Shown: positions 14,601-26,600 of the stretch, piece after piece
Layout: every line of letters starts with the position of its first letter
How positions within the stretch are numbered: position 1 is the first letter of the stretch
DNA from: Ylistrum balloti
Lineage: Eukaryota
Assembly: GCF_031769215.1 (NCBI RefSeq)
Contig: NW_026782170.1
Location: forward strand, 806,001 to 870,000
Reading direction: 5' to 3'
DNA: 64,000 bases
Program-made: the position numbers and the translations under genes
The notes under the pieces: model-generated
Seen by the model: the letters and a program-made list of their open reading frames with translations, nothing else
What the model was told of the DNA's origin: nothing
Databases searched by the model: none

Positions 14601-17600
14601 ATGATGAAAGAAAGTGTGTGTAAGTTATCATATTATTTAACTTGACAAGAGTCAGTGAAGATAGTGAGTCTGATTAATTATATTATTGAACTTGACAGGA
14701 GTCAATGAAGATGATGGGTGTGAGTAACTGGCTACACTGGTCTGCATGGTTCACCAAATACTTCCTGTTTTTATTGGTTACCGTGTCCATCATGACTGCA
14801 TTCTTTTGTGTAAAGACCTACAAGGGACGAGTGATTGGACTAACAGCTCCCTCGCTGCTCTTTGTATTTCTTATGCTTTATGCCATAGCAACAATATCAT
14901 TCTGCTTCGCTATTAGTGTCTTCTTTAAGAAAGGTAAGACTCATGAGACAGGTGCTTGAGAAAACTATGGTCTGGAGAAGGGTTTGTACCTTATCGAATA
15001 TAAATAATTAAATAAGGACAGCAATTAATTTTATAAGAATGCAACAGGAATGGTTACTCCAAGAAAATTCTGTAACATAACAATATTGAAATTTCTTTAT
15101 ATTTTCTTTAACTTCATTATCTAATTAGTGATTGACCAGTTTATGCTAGCAATCTAAATCCTCACACTATCAATATGAATTATATGTTGTCCTTATCTAC
15201 AGCAAATTCTGGAGCTGCAGCAGGTGGCATCCTTTTCTTCATCTCCTACATACCCTACTTTTTTCTGGAGCCCCGCTACAACACATTTACCTGGGGGCAG
15301 AAGATAGCTGCATGTTCTGTATCCAACATAGCAATGGCATATGGAGGAACAGTTATTGGCATGTTTGAAGGCACAGGTACGGAGGCTGGAAATGATTGAT
15401 AGTGTGACAAGAGATGTTGTATCTGAAGAAAAAGTCCAGATGTGCTGCTGTAATAAAAATGTTTGATTAATTATCATGATCCTAAAATTTTTCTCCTTGG
15501 TCTCATCTTAAGACAAAACTTATTAGTGAACCAATATATCGAAGAAACAGTGATAAACAATTCATCATTGAAATGTCTTGTGATGGTTGTTTTAAATGAC
15601 AGTTTTCATGCAAACATTATATCATGTACCATGATTACCATAACCAGACAGTTCAGTGCTTACAACTACAGGCTTATATTGATAAGAACTTGATTTAAAC
15701 TCAAATGAATTGATCATTTTTGCCTAGTGTAATCTATGAGGCATGAAATGGAACAGCCATTTTGACAGTGATTGGTTGCTGTTTCTGTGCTGACAATACT
15801 GATATCACAATGGTCAGATAATGGATGACATCTATTGTATCATAAATCTCACATCTTTTTTGTTAATCTGTATTGTTGCAGTAGAAATGTAAACATAATG
15901 ATATATCAACCCTTCAAATTTGACTGAAACTGGTGCAACACTGTTATTGACAGGAACTGGTGTACAGTGGAACAACTTCACCAAGGGAGCATCTGTAGAT
16001 GATGACTTTGCAATGTCCCACATAATGATCATGCTGGTGATTGACACGGTCGTATACAGCTTCATTACCTGGTATGTGGAGGCTGTGTTTCCTGGCGAGT
16101 ACGGTGTGCCACAGCCCTGGTACTTTTTTATAACTGTGAGTATTTCTAGTTATATAGTTTGCAATGTTTAATTTCTCCCTATGACTATAAAATCAATGTA
16201 TTTGACCTGAAAACTTATAGAGTTATACAATACGTCCTTACATTAATCTACATGATGTCTCAGGCCACTAGAGATCAAGTTTTGGTTGAGAAAGATCAAA
16301 ATATGACAGTTTTGTTTAAACCTGTGGTTTTCTCCTCCTGTAATTGTCAGTTATTCTATTTTGGAACATTTTCTTCAGGTTGGTAATGTCAGTAGAATAA
16401 CTGTACTCATAACTTAACCAGTAGAAGATTAGAGTGTGACAAAGTTGGTACTAGTACCCTCAACACTGGTCATTTGTCTGATGTAGGTGACCGTGTAGTC
16501 ATCAAAACATCACACTGTAATCTTCCCCTGGTTGTGATACAAGAACTTCTATTCTATTGTCAGTAACTCTAGATTTGTCTTTGGACGTGCTATGACTGAT
16601 CATCTATTTGAAAGTAGTCAAATTACCTTTGAAACATTACATCTTTGATTGTTGTAGAGAACTTACTGGTGTGGTACATCGGCAGTAGAGGATATTCCTG
16701 ATGACAAGAGAATTTGTATTGGCCAGGATCCAGAGTTTTTTGAGCCTGATCCCCAGGGTATACCGGCAGGGATACGGATACGAAATCTTAGAAAGGTTGG
16801 CATTCAAATATGGTCTGATGTATTTTTATTTACTATATCTCAGATTTCTTTGCTGGGTTTAGTGCCTTTGAACAGCCATGATTATTATGATGCATTGGCT
16901 CCTTAAATAGCAAGTGACTACCACACTGAACAACATATGGGAGGTCTGACATATGCCATCTTGAGTAAGAAGGATAAAGAGTCTTGCCCAAGGACACAAT
17001 CATGACAGCACAGATCAGTCTGTTCTTCAGCTTACTGAGAAACAAGCTGCCATGGATAGGGAGCATCAAAATGCTCACCTCAAATCTTCATCTGAGGTTG
17101 CACAGGCCAAAGCTTTAGCCAGCTGAGCTACCATGGCCCCAACATATTGCAGATCATTCTCCTGTAGAAACGATTCATTGTTGAAAAATAGAAATCTTCT
17201 TATTATCCGTTCTTTCAACATGAGAAAGTTGATAACAAAATAGTAAATGAGTATATTTCATCATAATTAGTACTTGTGCTTGAATTTTAAAAAAAATGCC
17301 CACAAATATTAATAACTATACAGAATACTGACATGTCATGCTGGAATTTTTTTCATTGATTTATATTTGTGATTTTACAGGAGTTTGGTAAGGATGAGAA
17401 GAGGAATATTGCTGTTGCTGGGATGTCCCTGGACATGTATGATGGGCAGATTACTGTACTACTGGGGCACAATGGAGCTGGCAAAACTACCACTATGTCT
17501 ATGTTAACAGGTGGGTACACTTCAAGATTTACAAAGATCAAATTTAACTGGTGGGCACAGATCAAGGTATAGGTAAACAGGTGTGTACATGTAGAGATCA

Positions 17601-20600
17601 GAGGGTAACGGGCATAAACACTCCAGGTCTAGGTTAAGAGGTGTATTCAGGTCAAGTTTTAGGGTTACAGGTGTGTACTTGTCAAGTTTTAGAGTTACAG
17701 GTGTATACAAGTCAAGGTATTGGTTAACAGGTGTGTACAGGTCAAGGTCTCTCAACAGACATGCAAAGGTCTACAATCATAATGTAGATGTTTCTAGATC
17801 TACAGTAATAGTGTAGATGTTTCTATATATACAGTAATAATGTAGATGTTTCTATATATACAGTTATAATGTAGATGTTTCTATATATACAGTTATAATG
17901 TAGATGTTTCTATATATACAGTAATAATGTAGATGTTTCTATATATACAGTTATAATGTAGATGTTTCTATATATACAGTTATAATGTAGATGTTTCTAT
18001 ATATACAGTTATAATGTAGATGTTTCTATATATACAGTTATAATGTAGATGTTTCTATATATACAGTAATAATGTAGATGTTTCTATATATACAGTAATA
18101 ATGTAGATGTTTCTATATATACAGTTATAATGTAGGTGTTTCTATATATACAGTAATAATGTAGGTGTTTCTATATATACAGTAATAATGTAGATGTTTT
18201 TATATATACAGTAATAATGTAGATGTTTCTATAGATACAGTAATAATGTAGGTGTTTCTATATATACAGTTATAATGTAGATGTTCTATATATACAGTAA
18301 TAATGTAGATGTTCTATATATACAGTAATAATGTAGATGTTTCTATATATACAGTAATCTATATATACAGTAGTAATGTAGATGTTCTATATATACAGTA
18401 ATAATGTAGATGTTTCTATAGATACAGTAATAATGTAGATGTTTCTATATATACAGTAATAATGTAGATGTTTCTATAGATACAGTAATAATGTAGTAAT
18501 AATGTAGATGTTCTATATATACAGTAATAATGTAGATGTTTCTATAGATACAGTAATAATGTAGATGTTCTATATATACAGTAGTAATGTAGATGTTCTA
18601 TATATACAGTAATAATGTAGATGTTTCTATATATACAGTAGTAATGTAGGTGTTTTTATATATACAGTAATAATGTAGGTGTTTCTATATATACAGTAGT
18701 AATGTAGATGTTTCTATATATACAGTTATAATGTAGATGTTTCTATATATACAGTAGTAATGTAGATGTTTCTATATATACAGTAATAATGTAGGTGTTT
18801 CTATATATACAGTAATCTATGGATACAGTAATAATGTATGTGTTTCTATATATACAGTTATAATGTAGATGTTTCTATATATACAGTAATAATGTAGGTG
18901 TTTCTATATATACAGTTATAATGTAGATGTTTCTATATATACAGTAATAATGTAGATGTGCTATATATACAGTAATCTATATATACAGTAATAATGTAGT
19001 TGTTCTATATATACAGTAATAATGTAGATGTTTCTATAGATACAGTAATAATGTAGTTGTTCTATATATACAGTAATAATGTAGATGTTTCTATAGATAC
19101 AGTAATAATGTAGATGTTTCTATAGATACAGTAATAATGTAGATGTTTCTATATATACAGTAGTAATGTAGGTGTTTCTATATATACAGTAATAATGTAG
19201 ATGTTTCTATAGATACAGTAATCTATATATACAGTATATATAGATGTTTCTATATATACAGTAGTAATGTAGGTGTTTCTATATATACAGTAATAATGTA
19301 GGTGTTTCTATATATACAGTAATCTATATATACAGTAATAATGTAGATGTTTCTATATATACAGTAATAATGTAGATGTTTCTATATATACAGTAATCTA
19401 TATATACAGTAATAATGTAGATGTTTCTATATATACAGTAATAATGTAGATGTTTCTATATATACAGTAATAATGTAGATGTTTCTATATATACAGTAAT
19501 AATGTAGATGTTTCTATATATACAGTAATAATGTAGATGTTTCTATATATACAGTAATAATGTAGATGTTTCTATATATACAGTAATAATGTAGATGTTC
19601 TATATATACAGTAAATCTATATATACAGTAATAATGTAGATGTTTCTATATATACAGTAATATATATACAGTAATAATGTAGATGTTTATATATATACAG
19701 TAATCTATATATACAGTTATAATGTAGATGTTTCTATATATACAGTAATAATGTAGATGTTTCTATATATACAGTAATAATGTAGATGTTTCTATATATA
19801 CAGTAATAATGTTGATGTTCTATATATACAGTAATAATGTAGATGTTTCTATATATACAGTAATAATGTTGTGATGTTTTGTGTTCTCTCTGATTTGTTT
19901 CAGGTTTCCTACCCCCTACTGGTGGCACAGCTTATGTTAATGGCTTTGACATACGAGAAGACATAGCCAGTGTCAGGAATAGTCTTGGACTTTGTCCCCA
20001 GCATGACATTCTCTTTGACACCATGACAGTGCAGGAACATCTATGGTTCTTTGCTAAGGTTTGCAGTCATAGCAACATGTTTGTTTTTGATATAATGATG
20101 ACAGATGAAGTAAATTTTTATCCTTTTTAGTTTGAGAAGCTAATCATTCTCAGTATATTAAGCTATACTGAGCCTGAAATTAAATGTTATATAAAACTTC
20201 AGAAGTACACACTGGAGATGTGTCATTTACCTATGTATGACAATTAGAAGTACATGTAAAGTTATCATCAGTCTTCATTGATTTACAGTCGATCTGTGTC
20301 AAGTATTTCTAGAGTAACATATGATTGGCAATAGAAGTTAAAGTTTCAGAATATTTTATTGGATGAATTTTACACTTTTAATTTAAAGTATATAGTTATT
20401 CAGGATATTCAGGGTGCTATACAGTGTAATTAATATACCATCAGAAGATGTCCCTGTCAACAGTATGACATTGTTATTCAAAAGGAAAACATACTGTGTG
20501 AAAGTGCTACTGTTACATTAGAGTGATACAGTAAATGTAAATTTACACAGGGGCTTGGTTATATTAAAGGTAAGCAGTATACACTGGAAATGTGTAGATG

Positions 20601-23600
20601 TTGTTGTCATTTACCTGTGTATGACAAATCTTTGTTATCATTTGTCTACTATATCTTGTGACCCATACATTTGTGAACATGCTTATTCATAATGAAGAGG
20701 ATGCTATTTAGTACAGACAATATTTTATACGTGAAGCTGGATTGAAATCAGTTAAAACTCTTAATCATTAAATGATAAACATGTTTTAATTTACTTTAGT
20801 ACATGTTACATAGTCTTCTATACTGTTCCAGTGTCTGTTTTGTAAATGATGTATAGACAGGTTTAGTATATCGTACAATTATCCTATTTTTCAGCTGAAG
20901 GGCTGTAATTCAAATGAAGTGACCAATGCGGTAGATGAAATGATTGAGAGCATCAGGCTTGAGAACAAGAGACATGCGAGGAGCAGCCGGCTGTCTGGGG
21001 GAATGAAACGCAAACTTTCTGTCGGCATAGCACTCATAGCAGGTTCAAAGGTCATCTAACTTACTGTTACTAAAGTTATACAGCCCATCATCATGATAGT
21101 GAAAATACTAATGAGACCATTTTATTTTAATGTGTCTTTTTAATCCCGCTAAAATGTTTTCTTCTTATTTTCATTTTTATGAAACCATTTTAATTAAATG
21201 GGTGTGGCTTTTTTTATCATTTATTGTTGCAGTTTTTTGTTTTATTTTCTTATTTCAATAAACACGTTTCAATTTTAATAGTGTTTGTTTATCCCAAATC
21301 TTTTGTATCACACTTTCAGTACGAGTGTCAAACAGATATAAGGTAAAACTGTGGTGAACTCTGAAAATTCCTCTCTATAGCAGGATGCTTCATTTACTTC
21401 ATTTTGTCATAACAGATTGTGATTCTTGATGAACCGTCATCAGGGTTGGACCCAGATGCCCGACGACAAATTTGGACAGTTCTACAAAACCACAGAGCTG
21501 GGAGGACAATACTTCTAACCACCCACTTCATGGATGAGGCAGACGTTCTAGGGGACAGGATTGCCATCATGGCTGATGGAGTTGTCAAGTGTTGTGGAAG
21601 TTCTCTGTTCCTCAAAACCAAATATGGTAGGCTATGATCTAATGTCCATTGCTTTTGTGTTTTAGGTCAACTGAACGATAGGATCAAGCTGACATTGAGC
21701 CATTGTGTTTCTTCCATTTTGTCTGCAACTTTTCCTTTAAAATGCTACTTCTAAAGTCCACAGAAGGTTTCAATCATATTCGGTCTGGAACATCATTAAG
21801 AGTTTGCAATCATTTCATATATTCAGAAAGTTGATTAGACCCCTGAAGACTTAGGGGGCGGGCCCAAAAAGTGGAATTTTGCTTTAAAACCCTACAATAC
21901 CTCATCATTTTTTCTACCAAATTTGGTTGGAAACATTATAGGACAAGAGCAAGAAGTTCTTTGATTTTTAAGAAATTTATTTGTTCCCTAGGGACTGGGG
22001 GTTAATACCTCTAATGGGGCATTTAGCCAAATATTTGCCTTAAAACCCTATTCTTAATGTCTCAGCATGTTTCGACCACATTTGATCTGAAATATCGTAA
22101 GGGTTAAGCAGTCCTTTTCTTAAATTCTTAAAGGCCAAGTTTACTGTTAATGCCCCTGCATCTCTTCATTAATTTACTTAATAATGGAGTGTAATTGAAT
22201 TATACCCATATGCCTGACCCTAGATCTAATTTTAATCCTTAGTTTTGTTGATATTTTGTCATAAAACCTATGAAATGAACACTTTCTGAAATATCTTTTT
22301 TTAATTATGAAATATGACATCACTAGACTTTAAACTTTCACTTTATGCTTCATTTCCATTGGACAACTGTCATACATTGAACAGTTCTGATTTAAATTTT
22401 GATGATGAAACCTACCTTAGAAGTATTCTGCCCATTACTCTGGGCAGCCTTATAACATGGTCTCCTGTAGACCACTTTACACAGGTTTGACTGTCTCTGA
22501 GGTGGCAAGATGTCAGTGAATTCCTCATGTCAACCATGACATTTTTTTGTTTGTTTCTTTGACATTTTTAAACTCTTTAGCTTAAAATGGAAGTAAACAA
22601 GTAATTTTATGCACTGAGAACATATTTTGGCAAATTTTATTTTCTATCTGCATGTGTAGTCGTGTCTTACTGACAGATAGCTACAATCTGTTTCACTCAT
22701 ATATCTCAGACAGATGCATATTATGTTTATAGAGTGCAAGTACATGTCTTCATCAGTCTTCATTGATTAACAGTATATCTGTGTACAGGTATTTCTAGAA
22801 TAAGATATGATTGGAAATATATGTAAAAGTTTTCTAAATTTTTAATTGGGTCGATTCTACACTTTTAGTTTAAAGTGTATAGTTATTCAAGATATTCAGG
22901 GTGCTATACAGTGTAATTAATATACCATCAGAAGATGTCCCTGTCAACAGTATATCATTGTTATTTTAAAGGAAAACATACTGTGTGAAAGTACTACTGT
23001 TACATTCGAGTGATACAGTAAATGTTTAAATTAACGCAGGGGCTGGGTACCACATGGTGATAGTAAAACAGCCAAACTGTCATGTGGATAATATATCCAA
23101 GCTGATCAGGACATATGTACCAGCAGCTGAACTGGAAAGTAACATTGCAGCAGAACTGTCCTACATTCTTCAACAGGAAAGTTCCAGCAGGTTCTCAGAC
23201 ATGTTCAAGGATCTGGAAGCTAAGAAAAAGGATCTTGGTATTGCAAGCTATGGAGCATCTGTCACTACGATGGAGGAAGTTTTTCTCAGGTACAAAACAT
23301 AATATTTATCATATTATAAATTACATTACAGAAATTCACTGAGTGTTAATCTTTTGATATAAAGCAGAGTGATAATTTAGGTCATTATGGCTTTGTAGAG
23401 TTGGGGAGAGTAATAACAGGTCCTTGACAGATAGACTGAAAGGAAAGCCGATAGTAAACCACCCAGAGAATGGATTCAGTTTGGATGCATCAACATCATT
23501 CAGACGGAGTAGCCATAGCCTAGGTAAGACAGCCTACTTACTCAAATAACGAGGCATATTAAATTGTGATTTAGCTATATTTCAATATTACTTTATCTTG

Positions 23601-26600
23601 GGGTTTCAATGATGGGATGTATTATAGAAGAAACATTTTTGTTTCGCATGTGGTAAACATTTTACAATTGAAACTTTGTGGAATGATATGGCAAATTATT
23701 AAGATCACTGGGTCAAAGGTAACATATATCTGTTATGTAAATGTAAAATGTCAAGGTCAATGGGTCATGTAAATGTAAAATGTCAAGGTCAATGGGTCAT
23801 GTAAATGTAAAATGTCAAGGTCAATGGGTCAAAATTCAAAGTCAGATATTCCAATTTGTTATAATGTTACGGAGTAGGAAGTTTATTTAAATAATTTTTT
23901 CTCTTTATCAATAAATTAAAAAATACATGCTGTCCTAGTCTTTTATATCAAACCCCTCAAATGCTGCAAATGTTTACTTTTAGCAGAGAAGTGAGGACAC
24001 ATATACGTCATACACCAAATGTCTAGTTTTGGTTTAATTTTATCAAAACTACTCATTTCATTTTTCCATTCTGCCTGAAAGGAATTAGTCTTGTGACATT
24101 AATCTGCTCTGTTTCTCTCAGTTTCTGTAGGGTTTGTCAAGTGTATGATACAGCCTGCAGGGTCATTTTGGGTAAATTGTTTACTTCTTTTGAGAACTGA
24201 AATCTGATTGCATCTTTTCAGATTTTAATATCAAGTACAATGTGAATGGTATGCTGACATTGCAACAGTTTTGGGCCATGTTTGTGAAGCGAGCTCTCCA
24301 CACATTCCGTAACAAGCTGGTGACAATAAGCCAGCTAGTGGTACCTCTCTTCTTTACCCTCATGGCTCTGATTGTGGTGAAGACTTTTCCTGGTCCTGAA
24401 GACCTTCCTCCACTCACCCTCACACCAGACAGATTTGGAGCCAACAACATTGTGTATAGAAGCAGCCCAGGAAACATTAGTGACAACCTCAGCTATTTCT
24501 ACAGCAGTCAGTTTGATCAAAGTGATACAGAAACTGTGATTTCTGTGGATGATCAGCAGGGATACAATGCTACTTCTGACATTATGAAATTCCTGGTGGA
24601 CACGGGAGAAAAAAGCATTGGACTGTACAACCTACATTATATGGTGGCGGCCGACTTCCAGCAGATATCTGAGACAGATAAGGTCAAGGCTACTGCTTAC
24701 TTCAATGACCAATCATATCACTCCTCAGTGATATCATTAGCAACACTTAGCAATGCGATTGTCCAGTATGTCACTAACAGCTCTGGCTTCTCAATCACTA
24801 CAGTGAATCACCCCCTCCCTCGTACCACAGCACAAAAAGTCAAACAGCAGATAACTCAGGGAACCACTGGCTTCATGGTCGCCTTTAATGTTGTGTTTGG
24901 AATGTCTTTCTTAGCCAGTAGTTTTGTTGTTTTCATTATTAGAGAGCGTGCCACCAAGTCCAAACACATCCAGTTTGTCAGTGGCGTAGACTCCCTCAAC
25001 TTCTGGGCATCAACATTTTGCTGGGATATAATTAACTACATGGTGCCCAGTCTGTGCATTCTAGTGACATTTTGGGCATTTGATATAGAGGCTTTTGTAG
25101 TGGATGCCCACATCGCTCACATTCTGCTGATGTTCCTGCTATATGGCTGTGCAATGTTGCCCTTCATGTATCTTTTGTCCTTCTTATTCTCCCAGCCTGC
25201 CACTGGCTATGTCTGGATCACCATGTTCAACATTATTGCAGGTATGTTTGATTTGCTGTGTTAAATTACTTTAAATTCTTTGTAACTTTGTAGATGTATA
25301 CATGTGAATGTTGTAATTGTAACAACCGGTTTTCAAACACTGACAATAAAAAGCATGCTGTGTATCATTCATTTGTTAATGAATCCTGATGGTTAAGTTA
25401 TACTTATTTTCTTATGTGGGAGTCTTAATTAACATATGTTGTCTTCCATACTATTAACATTAGGGTCCTTTTGTAACAAAAAGATCTCCCTCCTGTATGT
25501 ATGGTGACACAGCAGTGAAATCGATGTTGGGAGATTTATATCCACTTCAAGATGTGACACCATGGTTTATTTATAATAGTGTTGATCTTTATATTTTTGT
25601 TTTTTACAGGTGTGGCTACACTGTTAGCAGTGGGTATCCTGGCAATTCCCCAGCTTAACCTGGAGGATCTGTCACATGCCCTTGAGTGGGTGTTTCTGGT
25701 ACTGCTACCCAACTACTGTCTGGCTCAGGGGCTGTCTGACTACTACGCTAACCATGAATACCTCAACATCTGTCCTAACATCACAATCTACTGTCCAATC
25801 TTCCCTAACCCCTGTTGTGGAGGTAAGATGAAAGTATTCCTGACTTAATCAAAAACTGAAATCTTTTGCTGTACACAAATTATAAGGTGTGATAACCAGA
25901 GTATCAGATTAAGCCATTTCATTTTTCCACACATTTTGAAGATTGGAAACTGGATAAATATTGCTCTCAAAATCAACAAGTGCTGTTTATTAATTTGTGG
26001 ATATGTAAATTCATGGATTAAGAGTATGCAAAAGTCAACAAAAATTAATCTCCTTTTAAAAATGATAATTTACAGTGGTTATGTTTGTCTTAACGTAGTT
26101 TCTTCTCGTCTTCAGCAACAACAGGTAGCTGTGGGCCCAGTGGGTGTATTTACTACCGAGAGAACTACCTGAGCTGGTACCAGGGTGGAATTGGCCGTAT
26201 GTTAGTGTTCATGGGCATTCAATGTGTGGTATACTTCAGTATTATCCTACTTCTAGAGTCACGACTATTCCTTCGTTTTCTCTACCTCATTGGTCACCGT
26301 GATCACAAACATGACCACCTCACAGAGAGGAGTAGAACTGAAAGTGAGACAACACCACTCCTTATACAACAAGCTACAGCCCCTCATACACATCGGTACA
26401 CAGACAGTTCATTGGTCCAAGAAGACACCGATGTAGCCACTGAACGAGCACGACTGGCTAACACTGACATAGAACAGCTATGCTGGGAAAACTCTCTAGT
26501 GATGAAAGAGCTTACTAAATACTATGGGAGCAAGCTCGCTGTTGATCGCATTAGTGTTGGAATCCCTCAGGGCGAGTGTTTTGGACTTCTGGGTATTAAT

